Positions 10,717 through 19,684 of a DNA stretch of 64,000 nucleotides are shown here, piece by piece. Numbering within the stretch: the stretch's first letter is position 1; every line of letters begins with the position of its first letter. The translations under genes were made by a program, and so were the position numbers. A model generated the notes under the pieces. That model did not search any database, had not been told where the DNA came from, and worked only from the letters and a program-made list of their open reading frames with translations. Origin of the DNA: an uncultured delta proteobacterium (GTDB taxonomy: Bacteria > Myxococcota > UBA727 > VGSZ01); assembly GCA_963775425.1 (NCBI GenBank), contig CAVZJB010000012.1, positions 96,001 through 160,000 of the forward strand. Reading direction: 5' to 3'.

Positions 10717-11562
10717 ATGGCCATCCGCGGCTTCACCGGGAACGACAGCCTCAGCCCCAAGCCCTCGCGGCTGCCCGTCGACGTGCGGCCCGCGCTGCCG
10801 CCGCGCGACCTCCACAAGGGGGACCTCATGCCGGACGTGGGGGTCAACACCCCCGGATCCGGCAACGACACGCTCTTCCCGACCCGCCCCGTGACGGATC
10901 CGCCGCTGCCCGGGGAGACCCCGCCGGGCGACACGAACCCGGGCGGGACGCTGGATCCCCCGATCGTGCGTCCGCCCCTCGACCCGCCGGGCGGCACCGG
11001 TGACCCGCCCGCGCGCCCGCCCTTCCAGCCCCCGACGACCGAGCCGCCCCCGGTGATCCACACGGCGCCGCCCCCGCAGGCGCAGCAGCTCGCGGCCCCG
11101 CCGCAGAAGCTCGGGCCGCTCGGCGCGCTCGAGAAGCGCTTCGACGGCACCGCGGCCAACCTCGAAGGCGAGCGCCTCTTGAAGCAGCTCGGCCTTCACC
11201 CCGGCACCGTGGACAAGCACCTCACCGCCAACACCGTCGTCGCGGTGAAGCAGTTCCAGAAGTCCGTGGGCCTCAAGCCCACGGGCGCGCTCGACGCGCA
11301 CACGTTGAAGGCGATGCGCAAGGCCGCCAGGCTGAAGCACAAAGGCGTCCAGGCGCGCGGTCAGCACAGCAAGGCCATCAAGGCCACCGAGCGCCGCTTG
11401 AAGCACCTCGGCTACAAGGTCGGCAAGGTCGACGGCACCTTCGACAAGAAGACCGCCGAGGCCGTGCGCGAGTTCAAGAAGGACGAGGGCATGAAGGTGC
11501 GGCGCGGCATCCTCGGCGCGCACGGCCGCAAGCTCCTCGCCGAGGAAGCGAAGAACAACTGA
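10717..11562 (+). CDS. Pro-rich peptidoglycan-binding protein, paralog of the 9104-10552 N-terminal half
   Basis: GERLLKQLGLHPGTVDKHLT...TGALDAHTLKAMR aligns with GEKLLKELGFHHGAADKHFT...TGALDAHTLHAMR. No catalytic domain. Confidence 0.8.
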   Translation: MAIRGFTGNDSLSPKPSRLPVDVRPALPPRDLHKGDLMPDVGVNTPGSGNDTLFPTRPVTDPPLPGETPPGDTNPGGTLDPPIVRPPLDPPGGTGDPPARPPFQPPTTEPPPVIHTAPPPQAQQLAAPPQKLGPLGALEKRFDGTAANLEGERLLKQLGLHPGTVDKHLTANTVVAVKQFQKSVGLKPTGALDAHTLKAMRKAARLKHKGVQARGQHSKAIKATERRLKHLGYKVGKVDGTFDKKTAEAVREFKKDEGMKVRRGILGAHGRKLLAEEAKNN

Positions 11563-11565
11563 CGC

Positions 11566-12396
11566 ATGCGCGTCCTCGCTGTCATCGTCGTGCTCATCGC
11601 GCCCCTCGCGTGCCCCGCGCCCGCGGCCGGCGAAGGTGAAGGCGAGGGCGAAGGCGAAGGCGGGCCCGACGTCGACGAGAGCGAGCCCAACGACGGCGCC
11701 ACCGACACCGAAGTGAACGACCTCGCCGTGGGCGCGATCATGCACGGCGCCATCGGCAGCGCGTCCGACGTCGACATCTTCCGTGTCGACACCACGCCGG
11801 GCGCGCTCTACCGCGTGACCCTCGACGTCCCCGCGGGCTCGCCGCTCGATGGCCACCTCACCGTGCTCGACGCCGGCCGCGGCGGCGGCGCGCCCGGCGC
11901 GGACTACGTGCGTCTGGAGCGCGCCCCCGACGGCCCGACGGCGGCGCTGTCGTTCCTCGCGTTCGGCGAGGGCGGACATCTGGTGGTGGTGCGCGACGCG
12001 CGCGCCGTCGACGGAGCCCCCGAGGGCGGCGCCGCATACACCTACGCCCTCACCGTCGGCGAGGTCGCGCCCGCGCCCGCGACGCTCGCGTTCCCGGGCA
12101 CGTTGAGCGACGCGCTCGACGACGTCGGCGGCGTGAAGCTCTACGCGTTCACCGCGAACGCCAACGCCGACTTCACCGTGGACCTCAGCGCCGACGGGGA
12201 CCTCGACGCGCGCCTGTTCGTCTACGCCGACAGCGAGCGGGACTGGGTGGCGCGCAACGACGACCGCTCCGCGGGCGACGTGAACCCCTTGCTCGACGCG
12301 TTCTTCCCCGTCGGCGGCTCGATGCTGCTCGTGGTGGAGAGCGCCGCCGAGAGCGCGACGGACCTCGGCTACACCCTCACGACGACGGGGAACTGA
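11566..12396 (+). CDS. lipoprotein with (GE)n linker and PPC-like beta-sandwich domains
   Basis: Signal peptide ending LAC, then GEGEGEGEGEG; ESEPND, DVDIFRV and DARLFVY...NDD motifs typical of PPC domains. Confidence 0.72.
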   Translation: MRVLAVIVVLIAPLACPAPAAGEGEGEGEGEGGPDVDESEPNDGATDTEVNDLAVGAIMHGAIGSASDVDIFRVDTTPGALYRVTLDVPAGSPLDGHLTVLDAGRGGGAPGADYVRLERAPDGPTAALSFLAFGEGGHLVVVRDARAVDGAPEGGAAYTYALTVGEVAPAPATLAFPGTLSDALDDVGGVKLYAFTANANADFTVDLSADGDLDARLFVYADSERDWVARNDDRSAGDVNPLLDAFFPVGGSMLLVVESAAESATDLGYTLTTTGN

Positions 12397-13651
12397 CGGG
12401 CTCGGGCGTCGGCGGGGTCCGCCTGCCGAGCGCCACGCGCAGCGCCGGCGGCGTGATGATGGTGGTCAGGATGACCATGATGACGATGGCGGAGAACACC
12501 GAGGGCGTGACGACGGCGACGCCGCCCACGGTCATGGTGAGGCCGACATTGGCGAAGATGAGGCCGACCTCGCCGCGCGGGATCATGCCGACGCCGATGG
12601 TGAAGCGGCTCAGCCGCGAGGCGTCCTTGGGCTTGAGCGCCGTCAAGCTGCAGAGCTGCTTGCCGACGACGACCGCGAGGGTGAGGAGCGCGGCGAGCGC
12701 AAGGATGCCGGGGTCGGCGAAGACGGTGAGGTCGGTCTTCATGCCCATGAGCACGAAGAACACGGGCACGAAGATGGAGCTGATGGGCGCCACCAGCTCC
12801 TCGAGCTTCTGCTCGCCGCGGGTGGTGAAGTCCACGTAGTGGATGTCCTCGAGGATGAGGCCGGCGGCGAAGGCGCCCACCAGCGGGGCGAGGCCGATCG
12901 CGTCCGCGGCCCACGCGAGCACGAAGCAGATGGACAGGCCGGTGGCGAGGAGCACGCTGCGCGCGCGCAGCTTGGACGCGAGCTGGAAGAAGCGGCGCGA
13001 CAGCAGGACGCCGAGCGCGATGGCGCCGATGAGGAACACCGCAGCCTTGACGACGACGAAGCTGATGGAGAGCGCCGACGGGCTCACGCCGGTGTCTGCG
13101 GCGGCGATGAGACCCGAGACCACGGCGAGCAGGATGAGGCCCTGCACGTCGTCGATGACCGCGGCGCCGAGCACCACGCGTGCCTCGGTGGTGTTGATGG
13201 CGGAGAGGTCCTTCAGCACGCGTGCCGTGATGCCGACGCTGGTGGGGCAGAGGGCGGCCGCGATGAAGACGTTCGCGTAAAACGAGCTGTGCGGCAGCAG
13301 CAAGATGCACACGACGTAGCCGAGCCCGAAGGTGGTGATGACGCCGACGGTGGCCACCAGCAGCGCCGAGAGCCCGACCTTCATCATCTGCGAGACGGTG
13401 GACTCGAGGCCCACTTCGAACAGCAGGATGATCACGCCGAGGCGCGCGAAGATGTCGAGCGTCTGATCGGTGCCGATGGCGGTGAAGGCGTCGATGCCCG
13501 CGAGGTGGAGGTTGCCGATGACGACGCCTGCGAGCAGCTCGCCGAGCACCGGCGGCTGTTTGAGGCGCACCGCGATGTCGCCGCCGAGCTTGGCGCACCC
13601 GAGGATGATCGCGAGGTAGAGGACGAGGACGGCGACGGGGTCGTGATGCAC
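12377..13651 (-). CDS. CPA2-family cation:proton antiporter
   Basis: QPPVLGELLAGVVIG, LLFEVGLES, TSVGIT, AAVIDD and GMIPRGEVGLIFA motifs. GTG start assumed. Confidence 0.92.
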   Translation of the reverse strand: MHHDPVAVLVLYLAIILGCAKLGGDIAVRLKQPPVLGELLAGVVIGNLHLAGIDAFTAIGTDQTLDIFARLGVIILLFEVGLESTVSQMMKVGLSALLVATVGVITTFGLGYVVCILLLPHSSFYANVFIAAALCPTSVGITARVLKDLSAINTTEARVVLGAAVIDDVQGLILLAVVSGLIAAADTGVSPSALSISFVVVKAAVFLIGAIALGVLLSRRFFQLASKLRARSVLLATGLSICFVLAWAADAIGLAPLVGAFAAGLILEDIHYVDFTTRGEQKLEELVAPISSIFVPVFFVLMGMKTDLTVFADPGILALAALLTLAVVVGKQLCSLTALKPKDASRLSRFTIGVGMIPRGEVGLIFANVGLTMTVGGVAVVTPSVFSAIVIMVILTTIITPPALRVALGRRTPPTPEPVSSPSS

Positions 13652-13729
13652 GCGTCGACCGTACCAGAGGTCCGCCCGCACGCGCGCGTGAGCGCTCCGA
13701 CGGCGCCGCCGGTGACGACTCGCGCGCCT

Positions 13730-15430
13730 TCAGGGCGCGAGGCCGCCGGGGGCGACGAAGCTGACGTCGCCGGCGTCGGGGATGGCGCCGCCGTCGAGCA
13801 TGTCGAGCAGGCCCGCGTCCTGGAGCAGCGACGCGTCCTCGGGGCGCACGGCGGCGGCGCGCACGCGGCCGGGCGACATCTCCTTCACCTCGAGGACGAG
13901 CGGGAGAGCGGTGGTGAGCGCGCGCCCCTGCAGCGCCTCGGCAAGCGCGGCGGCGTCCTTGTCCTCGACGTGGAGCACCGCGCGTTCGCGCGAGTAGACG
14001 ACGAGGGTGGAGGCCGGCAGCGCGTCCTTCAGCGCTTCGAAGGCGACGAACGTGGGCACGCCGTCGAGCTCGACGTCGACGCCCGTGCGCTCCGCCACGA
14101 CGCCGGCGTCGCCGGGGCTCGCGGCGACGCCGGCGTCGGATGAAGCGCCGAGGTCGCGCCACCAGCCCGGCCTGGTCACGGTGGCGACGAGGAGCGCTCC
14201 CGCGACGGCCGCCAGGAGCGCGCCGGCGGCGAGCCGTCCCCACGACGACGGCGGCGGCGCCGGCGCGAGCGACGACGGCGCGGGCGGCGACGGCAGCGAC
14301 GGCGCGGGCGACGACGCGTGCGGGGGAGAGGGCGCGGGCGACGACGGCGCGGGCGACGACGGCGCGTCCGGGGGAGACGGCGCGTCCGGGGGAGACGGCG
14401 CGTCCGGGGGAGACGGCGCGTCCGGGGGAGACGGCGCGACCACCGGCGATGCCGCCGCGCGCCGCTCGTCGACGGTGCGCGCCGGCGCCGCCGCCGGGGC
14501 CGACAGCGCCGCCGGCGGCGCGGCGCGCGCGCCCTCGGGCGAGAGGCGCGCGGCCTTGAGGGACGCGATGGCGTCGATGACCACCTGCGCGCTCGCGGGG
14601 CGATCCTCGGGGTCGCGCGCCATCAGCGATTGCACGAGCGCGGCGGCCTCGGGCGAGACGTCCACGAGCGCGCCCGCGAGCGACGGCGGCGCCTCGTTGA
14701 GCTGGCGCACGACGACCTTCATCGGCGTCGGCGCGGGGAACGGGTGCTCGCCGGCGAGCAGCTCGTGCCAGAGCACGCCGAGCGCGTACAGGTCCTGGCG
14801 CGGGCTCTCCGGCGCTCCCTCGGTCGCCTCCGGCGCCGTGTACCCCGGCGTCCCCACGAAGCCGCCCTCGCGCGTGAGGTGCTCGTCGATGAGGTCGGGG
14901 TCGTGCGGCTTGGCGAGCCCGAAGTCGAGCACCTTGGCCGCCACCGCCCCCGTCGTCGTCGCGCTCTGCCGGGGGAGGATGACGTTGTCGGGCTTGAGGT
15001 CCCGGTGGACGACGCCCGCGGCGTGCGCGCGCGCGAGCGCCGAAGCGACGGCCTCGATGATGGGCAGCGTCTCCGCGAACGTGAAGCGCTTCTTGCGCTT
15101 GAGCGCGGCGCGCAGCACCTCGCCGTCGACGAACTCCATGGCGAGGAACAGCGAGCCGTCCTCGGTGCGGCCGAAGTCGTGCACGGTGACGATGCATGGG
15201 TGCCCAAGCGACGACACCGCCTTGGCTTCACGCTCGAAGCGCTTCTGCATCACCGGGTCGGCGGCGGCGTCGCGCCGGATGATCTTGAGCGCCACCGTGC
15301 GCCCCAGGCCCTCCTGCACGGCCTGGTACACGACGCCCATTCCGCCCCGTGCGATTTTGCGCATCACCGTGTAGCGACCGGCGACGGTGCTGCCGAGCAA
15401 CGGGTCTGGCCCCTCGACCTTGGTGTCCAT
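13730..15430 (-). CDS. membrane Ser/Thr protein kinase (Hanks type)
   Basis: IARGGMGVVY, VALK, HRDLKPDN, DFG and GTPGYTAPE motifs, followed by a Pro/Ser linker, one TM helix and an extracytoplasmic tail. Confidence 0.95.
   Translation of the reverse strand: MDTKVEGPDPLLGSTVAGRYTVMRKIARGGMGVVYQAVQEGLGRTVALKIIRRDAAADPVMQKRFEREAKAVSSLGHPCIVTVHDFGRTEDGSLFLAMEFVDGEVLRAALKRKKRFTFAETLPIIEAVASALARAHAAGVVHRDLKPDNVILPRQSATTTGAVAAKVLDFGLAKPHDPDLIDEHLTREGGFVGTPGYTAPEATEGAPESPRQDLYALGVLWHELLAGEHPFPAPTPMKVVVRQLNEAPPSLAGALVDVSPEAAALVQSLMARDPEDRPASAQVVIDAIASLKAARLSPEGARAAPPAALSAPAAAPARTVDERRAAASPVVAPSPPDAPSPPDAPSPPDAPSPPDAPSSPAPSSPAPSPPHASSPAPSLPSPPAPSSLAPAPPPSSWGRLAAGALLAAVAGALLVATVTRPGWWRDLGASSDAGVAASPGDAGVVAERTGVDVELDGVPTFVAFEALKDALPASTLVVYSRERAVLHVEDKDAAALAEALQGRALTTALPLVLEVKEMSPGRVRAAAVRPEDASLLQDAGLLDMLDGGAIPDAGDVSFVAPGGLAP
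14361..14438. repeat. 18-bp perfect tandem repeat x4 in the kinase linker
   Basis: GGCGCGTCCGGGGGAGAC x4, encoding (SPPDAP)n on the minus strand. Confidence 0.9.
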
Positions 15431-15524
15431 GCGGCGCACACGATAGCCCAGCGCGGCGCGGAGGCAGCGTCGCCCGGAAACGGCGCGCGCCGCGGGCGCT
15501 CGACGGATATGCAACAATCGCCCT

Positions 15525-16658
15525 GTGCGCGTGCTCGTTCCGGCGCTGTGGGCGATCGTGCTCGGCGGCTCGTCGGGCTGCTCCCCCGCTCCGCTCGCGT
15601 GCGCCGGCGCCGGGGACTGCCCCGCGGATCACCCGGTGTGCGCCGCGGACGTCTGCGTGGCCGCCGGCGCCTCCGAGGGAGACAGCGAGGGAGACGGCGA
15701 GGGGGACGGCGAGGGGGACGGCGAGGGCGACGGCGAGGGAGACGGCGAGCCCTGTCCCGGCGACCGCGACGGCGACGGCTTCGGCTCCGGCTGCCCGCTC
15801 GGCGACGACTGCGACGACGCCGACGCCACCGTGCACGCCCTCCTCGTCGTCGCCGCCGACGGCGACGGCGACGGCGTCACCACGGGCGAGCCCAAGAGCG
15901 TCTGCACCGACGGCACGCCCCCCGCGGGCTACGCGCTGCAAAAGGGCGACGACTGCAACGACACGGACGCGCTCGTCTTCACCCGCGTCACCGCGGCCGC
16001 TGACGCGGACGGCGACGGCGTCACCGCCGGCGCGCCCGTCACGCTGTGCACCGACGGCACGCTCCCCGACGGCTTCGCCGCGCCCAACCCCGAGGACTGC
16101 GACGACACCGACCCGAGCGTCTTCACCGCCGTCAGCGCCGCCACCGACGCCGACGGCGACCTGGTCACCTTCGGCCCCGCGAAGAGCCTCTGCACCGACG
16201 GCTCCATCCCCGCCGGGTTCGCGCCGCCGAACGGGCAGGACTGCGACGAGACCAACCCCGCGGTGTCGACGGGCTGCGGTACGTGCACCACGCGCCCCTT
16301 GGGCGGGCGCACCTTCGTCGCGTGCAGCGACGCGCGCGACCACGGGCCGGCGCAGACGGCGTGCCACGGGCACGGCGCCGGCTTTCAGCTCGCGTCGATC
16401 CACTCCGCCGACGAGGCCGCGTTCGTCACCGAGACGCTGGCGCAGCTCGGCCTCACCAACCGCGTGTGGATCGGGCTGAGCGAGGGCCCCGAGCGCTGGG
16501 ACGACGGCTCTCCCTTCGACTTCTCCGGCTTCCCCGGCGGCGCCGGCAGCGGCACCAACGGCGCCGAGAACTGCGTCAACATCACCGGCACCACCACGTG
16601 GGACGACGACGACTGCAGCGGGCACCAGTTCCCGTACTTGTGCGCGACGCCTCCCTGA
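15525..16658 (+). CDS. lipoprotein with Cys-knot, (GE/GD)n linker, DxDGDG/DCDD Ca-binding repeats and C-type lectin domain
   Basis: Lipobox SSGC; repeats DADGDG...DCDD; C-terminal LASIHSADE...VWIGL...WDD...ENCV...WDDDDC...YLC. Confidence 0.85.
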   Translation: MRVLVPALWAIVLGGSSGCSPAPLACAGAGDCPADHPVCAADVCVAAGASEGDSEGDGEGDGEGDGEGDGEGDGEPCPGDRDGDGFGSGCPLGDDCDDADATVHALLVVAADGDGDGVTTGEPKSVCTDGTPPAGYALQKGDDCNDTDALVFTRVTAAADADGDGVTAGAPVTLCTDGTLPDGFAAPNPEDCDDTDPSVFTAVSAATDADGDLVTFGPAKSLCTDGSIPAGFAPPNGQDCDETNPAVSTGCGTCTTRPLGGRTFVACSDARDHGPAQTACHGHGAGFQLASIHSADEAAFVTETLAQLGLTNRVWIGLSEGPERWDDGSPFDFSGFPGGAGSGTNGAENCVNITGTTTWDDDDCSGHQFPYLCATPP

Positions 16659-16714
16659 AGAGCCGGCAGAAAATCGGGCGCGGCCTTCGGGCGCCGGCCC
16701 ATCGCTGGTCACGG

Positions 16715-16880
16715 GGCGTCGGTCGGCGGGCAGCGGTTGCAGGAGGCGCCGGATGCATCACGACAACACACGGATCCACGCGAGGTCGCTGGAGCTCATC
16801 CGCGTCGTCGCGATGTCGCCCGAAGCCGACGCCTGACGACCGCGCCCGCGAACCGATTACCGGCGACCGATCGCCGATTC
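16715..16880 (+). pseudogene. 27-codon mini-ORF in an imperfect inverted repeat, probable four-helix-bundle gene remnant
   Basis: AGGAGG at 16741, ATG at 16753, TGA ending 16836, encoding MHHDNTRIHARSLELIRVVA.... Arms 16715-16738 and 16851-16875 are imperfectly complementary. Confidence 0.45.
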
Positions 16881-16941
16881 GCTGCCACCCCTTGAGTCAC
16901 GCCGCGTGCGCGGCCGCACACCGCCGTGTTAAAGCACGCGC

Positions 16942-18174
16942 ATGGCGTCGTCGGAGCTGACATCGAAGAGCGGGCGCGCGTGGTTCCTCGTCGTGGTGGC
17001 GGCGCTCGGCTACTTCGTCGACATCTACGACCTGCTGCTGTTCGGCATCGTCAGGAACCCCTCGCTCATCGACCTCGGCGTCCCCAAGGCCGAGCTCCTC
17101 GACAAGGGCGTGACGCTGTTGAACGCGCAGATGGGCGGCCTGCTCATCGGCGGCATCCTGTGGGGCATCCTCGGCGACAAGCGCGGGCGCTTGAGCGTCT
17201 TGTTCGCCTCTATCTTCCTGTACAGCGCCGCCAACATCGCCAACGGCTTCGTCACCAGCGTCGGCCTCTACGCCCTGCTGCGCTTCCTCGCCGGCGTCGG
17301 CCTCGCCGGTGAGCTCGGCGCGGGCATCACCATCGTCAGCGAGACCATCCCCAAGGAGCTGCGCAGCGTGGCCACCGCCCTCGTCGCCGCCGTCGGCATC
17401 GCCGGCGCCGTCTGCGCGGCCTTCGTCGGCGACCTCACCGGATGGCGCGTGGCGTACTTCGTCGGCGGCGGCCTCGGCGTGGTGCTGTTGCTCTTGCGGG
17501 TGGGCGCGTTCGAGTCGGGGCTGTTCGCGCGCGTGAAGAGCCTGTCGGTGTCGCGCGGGAACTTCGCGATGCTGTTTTCCACGCCGGACCGTTTGCGGCG
17601 CTATGCGTGCGTGGTGCTGGTGGCGCTGCCCATCTGGTACGCGGTGGGCATCCCGGTGCTCCTGTCGCCGGAGATCGGCAAGGCCATGGGGATGACCGAG
17701 GTGCCCAAGGCCGGCACCGCCATCCTCGTGTGCTACGCCGCGCTCGTCGTCGGCGACCTCGGCAGCGGCCTGCTGTCGCACGTGATGAAGACCCGCAAGC
17801 GCGTGCTCGCCATCTTCGTGGCGCTCACGGCGGTGGCGGTGATCGTGTACTTCCTCGCCGCGGGGACCTCGCTCACGGTGTTCTACGGGTGCTGTGCGTT
17901 CATCGGCCTCGCCACCGGCTATTGGGCGGTGTTCATGTCCACGGCGGCGGAGCAGTTCGGCACCAACCTGCGCGCCACGGCGACCACCACGGCGCCGAAC
18001 TTCGTGCGCGGCATGCTGGTCCCGATGACCCTGAGCTTCAAGGCGCTCAAGCCGTCGCTCGGCGTCATCGAGGCCGCGGCGGTCACCGGCGCCGTCGTGT
18101 TCATCATCGCCGGCGTGGCGTTGGCGTTCCTCGACGAGACCTTCGGCCGCGACCTCGACTTCCTCGAAGAGTGA
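16942..18174 (+). CDS. MFS transporter
   Basis: ALGYFVDIYDL, GILGDKRGR, RFLAGVGLAGELG and EQFGTNLRAT motifs; about 12 TM segments. Confidence 0.93.
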   Translation: MASSELTSKSGRAWFLVVVAALGYFVDIYDLLLFGIVRNPSLIDLGVPKAELLDKGVTLLNAQMGGLLIGGILWGILGDKRGRLSVLFASIFLYSAANIANGFVTSVGLYALLRFLAGVGLAGELGAGITIVSETIPKELRSVATALVAAVGIAGAVCAAFVGDLTGWRVAYFVGGGLGVVLLLLRVGAFESGLFARVKSLSVSRGNFAMLFSTPDRLRRYACVVLVALPIWYAVGIPVLLSPEIGKAMGMTEVPKAGTAILVCYAALVVGDLGSGLLSHVMKTRKRVLAIFVALTAVAVIVYFLAAGTSLTVFYGCCAFIGLATGYWAVFMSTAAEQFGTNLRATATTTAPNFVRGMLVPMTLSFKALKPSLGVIEAAAVTGAVVFIIAGVALAFLDETFGRDLDFLEE

Positions 18175-18181
18175 CGCGCGC

Positions 18182-18589
18182 TCAGCGGCGCGGGGTGGCG
18201 CGCTTGCGCGTCGGCGCCGGCGTCGGCGTCGACGCGGCCGGCGGCGCGCCCGACAGGGGGACGAGGTGCTCTTCGAGGAGCTCGAGGGCCTCGAGCGAGC
18301 GATCGAGCTCGCGTTGCGCGCTGCTCTCGACGCCGTCGCGCACGGCGAGCGGGTGGAGCGCGCGGGCGCGGGCGCGATACGCCTCGCGGACGTCGGCGAG
18401 GGTGGCGTCGCCGGCGAGGCCGAGGGCGGCGTAGGCGCCGGCGAGGTCGAGCGGGGGCCCGCTGAAAGCGAGCTCGTCGGGGCCGCTCCCCGCGCGAGCG
18501 TCGTCGTCGTCGCGCGGGTCGCCGAAGGTCTCCTTCAGCTTGTCGCGCAACGCTTCGCCGGCGCCGAGGACCTTGTCGAGGATCGCCAT
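18182..18589 (-). CDS. small J-domain-like protein with HPD changed to HPL
   Basis: AYAALGL...ATLADVREAYRARARALHPL follows the J-domain helix I-II pattern. Confidence 0.65.
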   Translation of the reverse strand: MAILDKVLGAGEALRDKLKETFGDPRDDDDARAGSGPDELAFSGPPLDLAGAYAALGLAGDATLADVREAYRARARALHPLAVRDGVESSAQRELDRSLEALELLEEHLVPLSGAPPAASTPTPAPTRKRATPRR

Positions 18590-18616
18590 TGCGTCAGCCT
18601 CCCAGGGCGCCGCCCG

Positions 18617-19684
18617 TCATGACCCGAAGAACGCGCGCACGCTGGCCCAGTCCGACTGCGCGACGACGGCGACGGCGGTGACGGCGAGGTTGATGAGGCC
18701 GAGCGGGATGAGCCACGACCACGAGAAGCGCATGAGCTGGTCGTAGCGCAGCCGCGGGATGGTGGCGCGCACCCAGACGAAGAGGAACAGGAAGAAGATG
18801 ACGCCGAGGAGCACCCACCACGGCCCCGGCAGGAAGCCGAAGGGGCCGCCCCAACCGCCGAGGAACAGCGTTGTGCACACCGCGCTCACCGTGATCATGC
18901 CCATGTACTCGGACATCATGAACATGCCGAAGCGGAAGCCCGAGTACTCGGTGTGAAAGCCCGCGACGAGCTCGGTGTCGGCCTCGACGAGGTCGAACGG
19001 CGCGCGGTTGGTCTCGGCGAACATGCCGACGACGAACAGGAAGAAGCCCACCGGCTGCAACAGCACCAACGGCACGTGGTGCGCGTACTGCCACTCGACG
19101 ATGCCGCGCAGCGACATCTGGCCGGTGATCATCACCACGCCCACGAGCGACATGCCGAGCACGATCTCGTAGCTCACGAGCTGCGCCGCGCCGCGCAGCG
19201 CGCCCAGCAGCGAGTACTTGCTGCCCGACGACCAGCCGCCGATGACGATGCCGTACACACCGAGCGAAGCGACGCCGAGCAGGTAGAGCACGCCGACGTT
19301 GAGGTCGGCGATCCACATCTGCACGGTGCCGATGCCGGGGATCGAAAACCGCGGCCCCACCGGCACCACCGCGAACGCGGCCATGGCCGCGAACACCGAG
19401 ATGGCCGGCGCGAGCTGATGGAGGAAGCGGTCCGCGGTGCTCGGGACCGTGTCTTCCTTGAAGAAGAGCTTGATGCCGTCGGCGATGGGCTGGAACAGGC
19501 CGAACGGGCCGGCGCGGTTGGGGCCCTTTCTCACCTGCATCAGCGAGATGACGCGGCGCTCGAACAGCGTGGTGTACGCCACCGCCGTCAACAGCGCGAC
19601 GATGAACACCAGCGACAACACGACGAAGTAGACCCAGTTGGCGAGGCTGAAGCCGAGGATCTGGGTCTCGTAGAACCAGCTCAT
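18617..19684 (-). CDS. nuoH: NADH-quinone oxidoreductase subunit H
   Basis: ERRVISLMQVRKGPNRAGPFGLFQPIADGIKL, AETNRAPFDL, GFHTEYSG and PRLRYDQLM motifs. Confidence 0.97.
   Translation of the reverse strand: MSWFYETQILGFSLANWVYFVVLSLVFIVALLTAVAYTTLFERRVISLMQVRKGPNRAGPFGLFQPIADGIKLFFKEDTVPSTADRFLHQLAPAISVFAAMAAFAVVPVGPRFSIPGIGTVQMWIADLNVGVLYLLGVASLGVYGIVIGGWSSGSKYSLLGALRGAAQLVSYEIVLGMSLVGVVMITGQMSLRGIVEWQYAHHVPLVLLQPVGFFLFVVGMFAETNRAPFDLVEADTELVAGFHTEYSGFRFGMFMMSEYMGMITVSAVCTTLFLGGWGGPFGFLPGPWWVLLGVIFFLFLFVWVRATIPRLRYDQLMRFSWSWLIPLGLINLAVTAVAVVAQSDWASVRAFFGS

Noticed and set aside
18319-18350. 26/32 match of the recurrent spacer (1025-1056) to the J-domain-like gene, suggesting self-targeting
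   Set aside because: Mismatches fall at spacer positions 1, 3 and 4 (seed), and the matching core is made of CTCGACGCCGTCG-type words that are very common in this genome; probably chance.
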